Assembly: GCA_963704885.1 (NCBI GenBank)
Contig: CAVPIB010000001.1
Coordinates: 832,001 to 896,000, forward strand
Direction of reading: 5' to 3'
From: an uncultured Actinomycetes bacterium
GTDB lineage: Bacteria; Actinomycetota; UBA4738; HRBIN12
Length of the DNA stretch: 64,000 nucleotides
Part shown: one piece after another, positions 50,195 through 59,538 of the stretch
Layout of the letters: the number at the start of each line of letters is the position of its first letter
Position numbering within the stretch: the first letter of the stretch is position 1
Position numbers and translations under genes: made by a program
Notes under the pieces: model-generated
Told to the model about the DNA's origin: nothing
What the model saw: the letters and a program-made list of their open reading frames with translations, nothing else
Databases searched by the model: none

Positions 50195-50229
50195 GCGACC
50201 CCGCCGGCGTCCCACGCCGGCGGGGTCGC
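50195..50229 (+). terminator. Perfect 16-bp stem-loop
   Basis: GCGACCCCGCCGGCGT-CCC-ACGCCGGCGGGGTCGC followed by TGTCTGT. Confidence 0.75.
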
Positions 50230-50263
50230 TGTCTGTCCGACGTCGCCCAGTAAGCTCCGGCGC

Positions 50264-50953
50264 ATGGACGTCGCGGTGATCGGCGGCACGGGAGAGGAGG
50301 GCTTCGGCCTGACGCTTCGTCTGGGGCGCGCCGGCCACCATGTGATCATCGGATCGCGCGCGGCCGAGAAGGGAGCGGCGCGGGCGCAGGATGCTCGCCA
50401 GATCCTGGGCGACGACGCCAACATCGACGGCGCCACCAACGAGGAGGCCGCCGCCTCCGCCGGGGTGGTGGCGGTCACGGTCCCGTTCGCGGGTCAGGCG
50501 GACATCTATCGCGCGATCAAGCCCGCCGTGCCCGCTGGGACGATCGTCCTGGACGCGACCAGTCCGCTGGCTACGGCGGTGGGAGGTCGTGCGTGGCAGG
50601 TCGTCCGCCCCTGGCACGGTTCGGCGGCCGAGCAGGCCGACGCGATCCTCTCCCAGGGCGTGCGGATGGTCGCCGCGTTCCACACGATCGCCGGCGGCGC
50701 GCTCCAGGAGCTTGAGAACCCGCTGGACAGCGACGTGCTCGTCTGCGGAGACGACGCCGAGGCGAAGGCGATCGTCGGGTCGTTGATCCAGGACATCCCG
50801 GACCTGCGTTGGGTGGACTGCGGCGCTCTGTCCATGGCGCGCATCGTCGAGACGCTCACGGCCGTCCTGGTGTCCGTGAACCGGACCTACAAGGTGCACG
50901 ACTCCGGGTTCCGCATCGTCGGACGCGACGCATGGGGGGACCCACGCGGGTGA
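50264..50953 (+). CDS. npdG: NADPH-dependent F420 reductase
   Basis: IGGTGEEGFGL, IGSR, VTVPF, GSAAEQ, AAFHTI, VCGDD. Confidence 0.88.
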   Translation: MDVAVIGGTGEEGFGLTLRLGRAGHHVIIGSRAAEKGAARAQDARQILGDDANIDGATNEEAAASAGVVAVTVPFAGQADIYRAIKPAVPAGTIVLDATSPLATAVGGRAWQVVRPWHGSAAEQADAILSQGVRMVAAFHTIAGGALQELENPLDSDVLVCGDDAEAKAIVGSLIQDIPDLRWVDCGALSMARIVETLTAVLVSVNRTYKVHDSGFRIVGRDAWGDPRG

Positions 50954-51807
50954 ACCCGGACGGCGAGCTCGTCCGGATCGACGACACAAGCCTGTTCGTG
51001 GTCGAGCGAGGGCGCGGCTACCCGATCATCGTGCTGCACGGCGGCCCCGGACTGGACCATCAGGAGTTCGCCGACTACCTGGACCCGCTCACCGACACCT
51101 ACCGGTTGCTCCTGGTCGACCAACGCGCGAACGGCAGGTCCGAAAAGGCGCCCGAGGCGACGTGGACGCTCGAGCGCATGGCGCAGGACGTGATCATGCT
51201 GGCGCGCGCGCTGGGGCTGGATCGATACGCGGTTCTCGGCCACTCCTACGGCGCTTTCGTGGCGCTGCAGAACGCCGTGGATTACCCGGGCATGGCCACG
51301 CAGACCATAGTGAGCGGCGGCGTCGCGTCCATGAAGCACCTCGAGGCCGTCGAGCACAACCTCAACACGTTCGAACCGGTCGAGCTCCGCGAACAGGTCA
51401 TCGCGTCGTGGGCGCGCGAACCCAGCGTGCAGACCCAGGAGGAGTTCGCGCAGCTCATGGCCGACCAGTTCCCGTTCCACTTCGCGGATCCGCGCGACCC
51501 GCGGATCGCCGATTACCTTGAGCGCACGAAGGACACCGTCTACGCGCCGGACGTCCTGCGGGCCTTCGCCGCCAGCGGCTATGGAGGCATCGAGGTCGAG
51601 GATCGCCTGGCCGAGATCACACAGCCCGTCCTGGTCGCCACCGGCCGGCACGATCGCACCTGCACGGTGGAAGCGGCAAAGGCCATCGCCGCCGGCATCT
51701 CCGACGCCGAGCTGGCCGTCTTCGAGCGGAGCGGCCACATGACGTTCGTCGAAGAGCAGGATCGCTACGTCGACGTCGTCCGGGACTTCCTGGGTCGGAC
51801 CGGCTGA
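50950..51807 (+). CDS. Alpha/beta hydrolase (proline iminopeptidase-like)
   Basis: LHGGPG, DQRANG, GHSYG, GRHD, SGHM. Confidence 0.88.
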   Translation: MNPDGELVRIDDTSLFVVERGRGYPIIVLHGGPGLDHQEFADYLDPLTDTYRLLLVDQRANGRSEKAPEATWTLERMAQDVIMLARALGLDRYAVLGHSYGAFVALQNAVDYPGMATQTIVSGGVASMKHLEAVEHNLNTFEPVELREQVIASWAREPSVQTQEEFAQLMADQFPFHFADPRDPRIADYLERTKDTVYAPDVLRAFAASGYGGIEVEDRLAEITQPVLVATGRHDRTCTVEAAKAIAAGISDAELAVFERSGHMTFVEEQDRYVDVVRDFLGRTG

Positions 51808-51813
51808 AGCGAG

Positions 51814-53541
51814 TCAGTCGATCACTGCGAGGGTCTGGCCGGTCTCGACGACCTGGCCGGCGCGGATGGGTAGGTCGGTGACCTCACCGTCGCGCGTGGA
51901 GGTGATGTGGTTCTCCATCTTCATGGCCTCCAAGATGCAGACCACCTCGCCGGCGCGGATCTCCTGACCCTTCTCGACCAACACCTTGAGGATCGTTCCC
52001 TGCATGGGCGCCAGGATCTCGCCGTGGACGTGCTCGCCGTGGTGCGCGCCGTGCGACGCCGGCGATCGCGGCGCCAGCTCGCGGCGTTCGTCGAAGATCC
52101 GGACGGGAACCCGCCGGCCGTCCACCTCGACGAGGATGTCGGCGGGGCGCGCGGGCGTCGGTCCAGACGGCGCCGAGTCCAGATCCACCTGCGACGGGAG
52201 ATTCACCTCCGCCAGAGCCCGCTCCAGCCACGTCGTGGTATGCGTCCCAGCGCGGAAGTCCTTCGACCGCAGGACCCACTCGTGGACCGGGATCGTCGTA
52301 GGCACGCCCTCCACACGGAACTCGGAGAGCGCCCGCAGCATCCGGTTACGGGCGCGCTCGCGGTCTACCGCCGACACGATCAACTTGGCGAACATCGAGT
52401 CGTAGTCCCCGGGGATCTCGCGCCCCACGGTCACGCCGGAGTCCACGCGAACGAACGGCCCGCTCGGCTCCTCGTATCGGGTGAGCCGGCCCGGGCCGGG
52501 CAGGAAGTTACGACCCGGATCCTCGGCGTTGATGCGGCACTGGATCGCGGCTCCGCGCGGGGCCGGATCCAACGACAGCGTCTCGCCCATAGCAACCTGC
52601 AGCTGCAGAGCGACCATGTCGTATCCGGTGACCATCTCGGTCACGGTGTGCTCCACCTGGAGCCGGGTGTTCATCTCCAGGAAGTAGAACGATCCGTCCT
52701 CATCAACGAGGCACTCGATGGTTCCGGCGTTGACGTAGCCCGACTCCTTGGTGAGCGAGATCGCGGCCTCCGCGAACCGGGTCCGCAGGCTCTCGTCCAT
52801 CACCGGTGAGGGCGTCTCCTCGATCAGCTTCTGGTGGCGACGCTGGACCGAGCAGTCGCGTTCGCCGAGGAAGAAGACGTTGCCGCGCGTGTCGGCGATC
52901 ACCTGCGCCTCCACGTGGTGCGCGCGGTCCACGTATCGCTCCAGGAAGACCTCGGGCCGCCCGAAGTACGACTGCGCCTCGCGCGCCGCGCGCCTGAGCG
53001 CCTCCTCAAGGTGCTCGGCGTCGCGCACCACGTGCATACCCTTCCCGCCGCCCCCGAACGCCGCCTTCACCAGCAGCGGGAAGCCGATCCGTTCGGCCTG
53101 CTTCTTGGCCTGGCGGACGTCTACGGGCTCGGGCGTTCCCGGCACTATCGGGACGCCGCTGCGGTCGGCGACCCTGCGGGCGGCCGCCTTGTCACCCATC
53201 AGCTCGATAGCCGCGGCGGTCGGTCCCACGAAAGTGAACCCTGCCTCGTCAACAGCCTGCGCGAAGTGGGCGCGCTCGGCCAGGAATCCGTAGCCGGGAT
53301 GGATCAGGGTGGCGCGCGACTTGCGCGCGGCCTCCAAGATCGCCCCGATCGACAGGTACGAGTCCGATGCGAGCGCCGGCCCGATGCGGAAGGACTCGTC
53401 CGCGAGCTCAACGTGCAGGGCGTCCCGGTCGGCGTCGGAGTAGACGGCGACGGTCGAGATCCCCATATCGCGGCATGTTCGGATGATCCGGACGGCGATC
53501 TCGCCTCGGTTGGCGATCAGGACCTTCTGTTTCGTCGCCAC
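51814..53541 (-). CDS. Acetyl/propionyl-CoA carboxylase alpha chain (biotin carboxylase + BCCP)
   Basis: KVLIANRGEIA, HPGYGFLAE, GGGGKG, RDCSVQRRHQK, EMNTRLQVEH, EAMKM. Confidence 0.95.
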   Translation of the reverse strand: MATKQKVLIANRGEIAVRIIRTCRDMGISTVAVYSDADRDALHVELADESFRIGPALASDSYLSIGAILEAARKSRATLIHPGYGFLAERAHFAQAVDEAGFTFVGPTAAAIELMGDKAAARRVADRSGVPIVPGTPEPVDVRQAKKQAERIGFPLLVKAAFGGGGKGMHVVRDAEHLEEALRRAAREAQSYFGRPEVFLERYVDRAHHVEAQVIADTRGNVFFLGERDCSVQRRHQKLIEETPSPVMDESLRTRFAEAAISLTKESGYVNAGTIECLVDEDGSFYFLEMNTRLQVEHTVTEMVTGYDMVALQLQVAMGETLSLDPAPRGAAIQCRINAEDPGRNFLPGPGRLTRYEEPSGPFVRVDSGVTVGREIPGDYDSMFAKLIVSAVDRERARNRMLRALSEFRVEGVPTTIPVHEWVLRSKDFRAGTHTTTWLERALAEVNLPSQVDLDSAPSGPTPARPADILVEVDGRRVPVRIFDERRELAPRSPASHGAHHGEHVHGEILAPMQGTILKVLVEKGQEIRAGEVVCILEAMKMENHITSTRDGEVTDLPIRAGQVVETGQTLAVID

Positions 53542-53589
53542 GGCCCCACCTGCGATGATCGGGGACCCCCCAACGAGGGAGTCGATCCG

Positions 53590-54339
53590 TTGTTGTCGGA
53601 AGCTGAACTCGAACGGGCGCTCGCGGCCGCTGGGCTGCAAGCCCCCGTGCGCTTCGATGAGGTTACCGGCTCTACCAACGCCACGGCGCTGGAGCTCGCC
53701 GAGTCGGGCACGCCGGAGTGGACGTTGGTGGCCGCGGGGCATCAGACCCGGGGCCGTGGTCGGCTGGGTCGCACCTGGTCGGATCAGCCGGGGGGCGCCC
53801 TGATGTTCTCGCTGGTGCTGAGACCCGCCGGGCTCGATCCCGAGCACGCCGGGTTGATCGCGCTCTTGGCCGGCTGGGCGATGGCCACCGCTATCCGGGA
53901 GATCGCCGGGGCTGAGGTCCGCTGCAAGTGGCCCAACGACCTGCTGCTGGGCGGTTCCAAGGTGTGCGGGATCTTGGTGGAGTCGGCCGTCTCGGGCGAT
54001 CGGGTCCTCCACGCGGTCGTGGGACTGGGCGTGAACCTCGAGCGGCCCGGCGAAGTACCGGACGCGACCGGGATCGGCCCCGTCCCGGAGGGAGACCTTC
54101 TCACCTCGTTCCTGGTGCGGTTCCGCGCCGGCTACGAGGAGCTGCCCGCTGGGGTCGTCGAGAGCTGGTCGGCGGTGTCGGACACCCTCGGCAAGAAGGT
54201 CGAGGTCCGGCGGATGTTCGGCGAACCGATCGTGGGGACGGCCATCCAGCTGGACGACCGAGGCGCGCTCATCATCCAGACCCTGAACGATCGGGTCGCG
54301 GTGACATCCGGGGAGGTCCAGCACCTCAGGGAGGCTTAG
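53590..54339 (+). CDS. birA: Biotin-protein ligase (no HTH)
   Basis: TGSTN, QTRGRGRLGRTW, KWPND, KVCGIL; start TTG inferred after GAGGGAG. Confidence 0.92.
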   Translation: MLSEAELERALAAAGLQAPVRFDEVTGSTNATALELAESGTPEWTLVAAGHQTRGRGRLGRTWSDQPGGALMFSLVLRPAGLDPEHAGLIALLAGWAMATAIREIAGAEVRCKWPNDLLLGGSKVCGILVESAVSGDRVLHAVVGLGVNLERPGEVPDATGIGPVPEGDLLTSFLVRFRAGYEELPAGVVESWSAVSDTLGKKVEVRRMFGEPIVGTAIQLDDRGALIIQTLNDRVAVTSGEVQHLREA

Positions 54340-54389
54340 GGTTCGCGCCGCGAGTTGCCCTGCAGCGGGGCGCGCGGTACCTTCCGCCC

Positions 54390-55052
54390 ATGTCGTTCCC
54401 CAAGCGTCTATTGGTGCCGGGCGAGGAACTCATCTTGGACCTGCGCCCACATTGGATCGCCCTCGTGTTGCCGAGTCTCGCCACCTTGGGCGTGTTGATC
54501 GTCGGGTTCTGGCTCATCTCCAAGTTCGACGGCACCGTGAACTGGTTCCTGCTCGTGGCCATGTTCGTCCTGCTGGTCATCTATCCGCTCCGGCGCTTGG
54601 TGTGGTGGCTGACGTCGACGTTCGCGGTGACGAGCGATCGGATCATCCATCGCGAGGGGTGGATCGCGAAGCGTTCCATGGAGATCCCGCTCGAGGCGAT
54701 CAACGACGTGCGGTTCAGCCAGACGGTCTTCGAGAGGATCATCCATGCAGGCACGCTGGTCGTGCAGTCGGCGAGCGAATCCGGACGGGAAGTGTTCAAG
54801 GCGATCCGCAACCCTGAAGAGGTCCAGAAGACGATCTACCACCAAGGCGAGCTCAACCAGAAGCGGATGTTTCAACCGAACGCGAGCGCCCCAACGATGC
54901 CCCCGGCGCCTGACCCCTCGAGGCCGGTCTCGCCCCCCATGGCCCCCTCCACGGTCACCGAGCTCGAACGCCTGGCCGACCTGCGCGCCAAGGGAGTCCT
55001 GACCGAGGAGGAGTTCCAGGCCCAGAAGGCGAAGATCCTGGGCCAGTCGTAG
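54390..55052 (+). CDS. Membrane protein with bacterial PH domain and C-terminal SHOCT
   Basis: LRPHW, two TMs, VTSDRII, INDVRFSQTVFER, ELERLADLRAKGVLTEEEFQAQKAKIL. Confidence 0.88.
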   Translation: MSFPKRLLVPGEELILDLRPHWIALVLPSLATLGVLIVGFWLISKFDGTVNWFLLVAMFVLLVIYPLRRLVWWLTSTFAVTSDRIIHREGWIAKRSMEIPLEAINDVRFSQTVFERIIHAGTLVVQSASESGREVFKAIRNPEEVQKTIYHQGELNQKRMFQPNASAPTMPPAPDPSRPVSPPMAPSTVTELERLADLRAKGVLTEEEFQAQKAKILGQS

Positions 55053-55086
55053 CCGGTCCGTCGGCCCGGGTCCGTATCCTTGCGTG

Positions 55087-58000
55087 GTGAGCCAGTCCGT
55101 CTGTCCTCGTTGTCGTGAACCGCTGCCGGCCGGCGCCAAGTTCTGTCCGAACTGCGGCGCGCCCGTGGCGCTCCCACCCGCATCCGAGCGACGACTGGTC
55201 ACGGTCGTCTTCGTGGACCTGGTGTCATCCACCGAGCTCGCGTCCCGACTGGACCCCGAGCGTTTCCGCGAGGTGCTCGCGGCGTTCCACGCCATGGTCA
55301 CCGAGGAGGTCGAGTGGCTCCGCGGTCGCGCCGAGTCGTTCATCGGCGACGCCGTGATGTGCGCGTTCGGGGTTCCCACCTCGCATGACGACGATGCGGT
55401 TCGCGCGATCCGGGCCGCGCTCGCCGTGGTGGAGCGGGCCCCCAGGCTCGGTCAGGGATTGGGGCTCCCCGTCCCCATGCGGGTACACATCGGGGTGAAC
55501 ACCGGTCAGGTGGCCGTCGGGACCGCCACCGACCGGGGGATAGTGATCGGCGCCGAAGTCAACCTGGGTGCGCGGTTGCAGGCTGCCGCCGGGGCCGGTG
55601 AGATCCTCGTCGGTGCCACCACCAGACAGCTGGTCCGGGATGCCGTCGAGCTCGGCGAGATGCGCATGATCCAACCGAAGGGTCTGGAAGGTGAGCTGCC
55701 AGCCTGGCCGGTGGTCAGGCTGGCTCCTCGCTCCACGCGATCCACGATCCCGTTCGTGGATCGCCGGCGCGAGCAGGCGCTGCTGAGCGACACGTTCGAG
55801 CGTGTGCACGAAAGCGGGCGAGCCCACCTGGTGACGTTGCTGGGGGAGCCGGGGATCGGCAAGAGCCGCGTGGTGGACGAGTTCGTAGACGGCCTGCCCG
55901 AGGGTGCGCGGGTGCTGAACGGACGGCCGAACCCGTTCGAAGAGCACGGCACGTTCTCGCCCTTCGCGCACATGATCCAGCACGCCGTCCACCCGACCGG
56001 CGACTTCTCCGACGACGAGTTGCCTGAACGGCTCCGCGAGGCGGCCATCGGGTGGGTGGGCGTCGAGGAAGCCCAACAGGTGGCCGACCGGCTGGGTCTT
56101 GTCTTCGGGATCGGAGAGGAAGCCAGCCACGAGAACCGCTACCACAGCTCGGAGGTGCGTCACGGTGTGCTTGCGATGCTCGCCGGCCTGGCCGCCACGG
56201 GGCCCATCGTCCTGGTCTTCGAGGACATGCAGGCGGCCGATCCGCTGCTCCTGGACCTGATCGAGCGGATGCTGCGCGATGGCCGTCGGCTTCCGCTGCT
56301 GGTCATCTGCGTGGCGCGTTGGGAGTTCCTCAACTATCGCCCCGGCTGGGCGGGCGGGGTCGCCGACGCCGTCACGCTGTGGGTCGAGCCGCTCGATGCC
56401 GAGGGCTCCATCCAGCTGGCGATGGAAGCGGGAGATCTCCAGCGTCAGGACGCCGAAAGGGTCGCGGAGCATTCCGGAGGTAATCCGTTCTTCATCATCG
56501 AGATCACGGGGATGCTGCTGCGTGATGAGGCGACGGTGCCGCCCAGCGGGGCCGCTCCCTCCGCGCTGGTGCTGCCTCCCACGGTGCAGGCCGTGATCGC
56601 GTCGCGAATGGATTCGCTATCCGTGGCCGCTCGCGATGCGCTGCGAAAGGCCTCCGTGTTCGCCCGAGGTCTCTTCGACCTCTCGGATCTGGCGGTCGTC
56701 GTCGAACCGCGCCGCGAGATCCTCGATGAGCTCGAGGAGGCCGAGTTCCTGGTGAGCGTTCCGGACCGACCCGACACCTGGCGGTTCCGCAGCGACGTCC
56801 TGCGCGACGTCGCGTACGAGAGCCTGGCGAAGCGGGAGCGTCAACGTCTGCATCTACGCATGGCCAATCGCTTGTCGGAGCCCGATTCGGTCGATCGATA
56901 CACGCGCGCCATCGCCTATCACTTGGAGCGAGCGGCGATCGCGGCGCTCGACCTGAACCCCCGCGACCGCGCCCTCGCCGACCGGGCGGTCGAGGCGCTT
57001 TCGCGGGCGGGGGATCAGGCTCGCCGCCGGATCGAGTCGCGGACCGCGGTCGATCTGTTCGAGCACGCGCTCGCGCTCGCGGGGCCCGATAGCTCTTGGG
57101 GCGTGCGGGAGGCGTCGGTACTCTCGCGGCTGGGCGAAGCGCTCTACTGGCTGGGTGAGTTCGATCAGGCCCAGCGCACGCTGGAACGCGCCCTCGATGT
57201 CGATGGCGATCGGAGCGATATCGTCTCCGCTCACGCATCGAGGTTCCTGGCCGACCTGGTGACGCGCGACGACAGCGATCGGGCGGAGAAGCTGTTCGAG
57301 CGGGCGCTTGCCGCCTCCCGCCGGTTGAACAACTCCTCGGTGCTCGCCAAGACGCTGCTGATGGCAGGCTGGCTGCCTTTCCACGCCGACGATCTCCAGG
57401 GGGCGCGGAAGATGTTCCAGGAGGCGCTCGACGCTTCGCGTTTCGATCCCGACAAGCCGGACCGATGGGCTGAGGTTCGGGCGCTGGTGAGCCTGGCGTC
57501 GGTGACGTCGGAGATCGGTGACGAGGCTGACGCGCTGGCCCTAGCCGAAGAGGGACTCGTGCTGGGGCGAGCTTCTGGCCAGGAGTTCACAACGGCCACC
57601 GCTGCTGAGAAGGTCGCGCTGTCGCAGCGGCACATGTTGCGGTTGGACGAGGCATTGGAGCACGCGGACCTGGCGATCCAGATCTACCGCGATCTGGGCG
57701 CTCGGTGGGAGCTCGCCGGCACGATCGGAGACCGCGCGGTGATCCACCGGCTGGCGGGGCGCCTGGATGAGGCGGAGGAAGAGCTTCGGGAGGCGTACGC
57801 GCTCGGCCGGGATCTCAACGAGCGCAACGTGGTGACTTGGACGGCCGCCGAGCTGATGAAGGTCCAGGTCCTGAACGGGGACGTGGCCACCGCTCGTCGA
57901 ACGGCGGAAGACCCTGCGTCACGGCTGGGTGAGCTGGATCCCGGATCGTCCACGCCGCTGCTCGTGGCCGAGACGGTGCTGGCATTGGCCACGGGCGATC

Positions 58001-58236
58001 GAGACACGGCCCGCGACCGAGCGATGGGTGCGATCGCCACCGAAGAGCGAACCAGGAAGGGCTGGAACCAGCACGCCGCCCAGGTGTGGTGGGCGGCGCG
58101 GCTCTTCGGCGCCGAGGCGGTCGGGGGTGAGGCGGTCGTGGAGGAGGCGCGGACGCTGCTGGAAGCCCACCATTGGCGCCAGGCCCTGATCGAACCGGAT
58201 CTGATCCGGGAGATCTTGGGTTCCCCGACCCCCTGA
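55087..58236 (+). CDS. Zinc ribbon + class III cyclase + STAND AAA ATPase + TPR protein
   Basis: CPRC...CPNCG, VFVDLVSST, FIGDAV, VNLGARLQ, GEPGIGKS, VFEDMQ, GGNPFF, helical repeats. Confidence 0.9.
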   Translation: MSQSVCPRCREPLPAGAKFCPNCGAPVALPPASERRLVTVVFVDLVSSTELASRLDPERFREVLAAFHAMVTEEVEWLRGRAESFIGDAVMCAFGVPTSHDDDAVRAIRAALAVVERAPRLGQGLGLPVPMRVHIGVNTGQVAVGTATDRGIVIGAEVNLGARLQAAAGAGEILVGATTRQLVRDAVELGEMRMIQPKGLEGELPAWPVVRLAPRSTRSTIPFVDRRREQALLSDTFERVHESGRAHLVTLLGEPGIGKSRVVDEFVDGLPEGARVLNGRPNPFEEHGTFSPFAHMIQHAVHPTGDFSDDELPERLREAAIGWVGVEEAQQVADRLGLVFGIGEEASHENRYHSSEVRHGVLAMLAGLAATGPIVLVFEDMQAADPLLLDLIERMLRDGRRLPLLVICVARWEFLNYRPGWAGGVADAVTLWVEPLDAEGSIQLAMEAGDLQRQDAERVAEHSGGNPFFIIEITGMLLRDEATVPPSGAAPSALVLPPTVQAVIASRMDSLSVAARDALRKASVFARGLFDLSDLAVVVEPRREILDELEEAEFLVSVPDRPDTWRFRSDVLRDVAYESLAKRERQRLHLRMANRLSEPDSVDRYTRAIAYHLERAAIAALDLNPRDRALADRAVEALSRAGDQARRRIESRTAVDLFEHALALAGPDSSWGVREASVLSRLGEALYWLGEFDQAQRTLERALDVDGDRSDIVSAHASRFLADLVTRDDSDRAEKLFERALAASRRLNNSSVLAKTLLMAGWLPFHADDLQGARKMFQEALDASRFDPDKPDRWAEVRALVSLASVTSEIGDEADALALAEEGLVLGRASGQEFTTATAAEKVALSQRHMLRLDEALEHADLAIQIYRDLGARWELAGTIGDRAVIHRLAGRLDEAEEELREAYALGRDLNERNVVTWTAAELMKVQVLNGDVATARRTAEDPASRLGELDPGSSTPLLVAETVLALATGDRDTARDRAMGAIATEERTRKGWNQHAAQVWWAARLFGAEAVGGEAVVEEARTLLEAHHWRQALIEPDLIREILGSPTP

Positions 58237-58252
58237 AGGACCTGAGCTGTAG

Positions 58253-58307
58253 ACATTGACATCCATCGATGGGTGGTGGCATCCTAGATATCGATGGATG
58301 TCGATGT
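58253..58307. promoter_or_regulatory. ArsR operator pair over the arsR promoter
   Basis: ACATTGACATCCATCGAT 58253-58270 and ATCGATGGATGTCGATGT 58290-58307 are 17/18 inverted repeats; TTGACA at 58256. Confidence 0.75.
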
Positions 58308-58653
58308 TTTGGTCCGTGACGCCGCTCCGGCGGCGTGTTGCGTCCCGATCGGGCGCGACGGTATGTCCGATGACGACGCCGAGGTCACGGCCGCTCTGTT
58401 CAAGGCGCTCGCCGACCCGCACCGGGTGCGAGTCATGAACCTGCTCGCCGTGAGCGGACAGCCCGTCTGCGTCTGCGACCTGACCGACACGCTCGGTCTC
58501 TCGCAACCGACCGTGAGCTTCCACATGAAGAAGCTGGTCGATGCCGGGCTGTTGGAGCGCGAGCAGCGCGGCGTCTGGGCGTACTACTCGCTGCGGCCCG
58601 ACGTGATCCAGCGTCTGGGTCAGGTGCTTCGATTGGAAGGAGAGGGACCATGA
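58294..58653 (+). CDS. arsR: ArsR family regulator
   Basis: AACCVP, FKALADPHR, VCVCDL, SQPTVSFH. Confidence 0.92.
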   Translation: MDVDVLVRDAAPAACCVPIGRDGMSDDDAEVTAALFKALADPHRVRVMNLLAVSGQPVCVCDLTDTLGLSQPTVSFHMKKLVDAGLLEREQRGVWAYYSLRPDVIQRLGQVLRLEGEGP

Positions 58654-59393
58654 ACGATCTCAGAGAAGAGGTCCGCGACCGGTATGCGGCGGCGGCTCGT
58701 GCGGTGAAGGACGGCATGGCCGCCAACGACTGGGACGCCGACGTCTCCTGCTGCGCGCCCGAGGAAGGGCTGGGGCAGCAGCTGTACGACGTGAACGAAA
58801 GGGGTGAGCTCCCCGACGAGGCCGTGCTCGCCAGCCTGGGGTGCGGGAACCCAACGGCAGTGGCCGAGCTCCGCGAGGGCGAGGTCGTCCTGGACCTGGG
58901 CTCCGGCGGCGGCATCGACGTGCTGCTGTCCGCCAAGCGTGTCGGGCCTGCGGGCAAGGCTTACGGGCTGGACATGACGGACGAGATGCTCGCTCTGGCG
59001 GATGAGAACGCCCGCAAGGCCGGGGCTTCGAACGTCGAGTTCCTGAAGGGCTACATCGAGGACGTGCCTCTGCCCGACGCCAGCGTCGACGTGGTCATCT
59101 CCAACTGCGTCATCAACCTGTCTACCGACAAGCCGAAGGTGATAGCCGAGATGTTTCGCGTGCTTCGGCCTGGGGGCCGGCTCGGCATCAGCGATGTGGT
59201 CGCCGACGATGCGCTCGCACCATCGGATCGCGCGGAGCGCGGCAGCTACGTGGGCTGTATCGCCGGCGCGCTTTCCTTCGGTGAATACACTCAGGAGTTG
59301 GAAGCCGCGGGCTTCGTCGAGGTTCGGATCGACCCCACCCACGAGATGGTCGACCAGATGCACGGCGCGATCGTTCACGCCCGCAAGCCGTAG
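58650..59393 (+). CDS. arsM: Arsenite S-adenosylmethyltransferase
   Basis: SCC, SLGCGNP, DLGSGGGID, ISNCVINL, YVGCIAGA. Confidence 0.92.
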   Translation: MNDLREEVRDRYAAAARAVKDGMAANDWDADVSCCAPEEGLGQQLYDVNERGELPDEAVLASLGCGNPTAVAELREGEVVLDLGSGGGIDVLLSAKRVGPAGKAYGLDMTDEMLALADENARKAGASNVEFLKGYIEDVPLPDASVDVVISNCVINLSTDKPKVIAEMFRVLRPGGRLGISDVVADDALAPSDRAERGSYVGCIAGALSFGEYTQELEAAGFVEVRIDPTHEMVDQMHGAIVHARKP

Positions 59394-59412
59394 GCGGCGG
59401 TACGCGTCCCAG

Positions 59413-59472
59413 CGCGGTTGATGTTTAGTCGACCCTCCCCCAGACTCATCGACCGCGGGGTTCAAGAGCCCC
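59413..59472 (+). ncRNA. Candidate structured small RNA with a C-rich loop (6C-like)
   Basis: CGCGGTTGATG/CATCGACCGCG stem, inner AGTC/GACT, loop GACCCTCCCCCA, then GGGGTT-CAAG-AGCCCC. Confidence 0.35.
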
Positions 59473-59524
59473 CTTGGGCCCACCGTCGGAGCTACGAGGG
59501 ATGAGGTAGGCCTCCCCGCACGGC

Positions 59525-59538
59525 GGGCCGAACGGCCC
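59525..59538. promoter_or_regulatory. DosR/OsdR-like palindromic box
   Basis: GGGCCGAACGGCCC, about 90 nt upstream of 59630. Confidence 0.45.

Noticed and set aside
53542-54324. 836-aa carboxylase and 501-aa BirA with long N-termini
   Set aside because: Each extension is the antisense of the other divergent gene.
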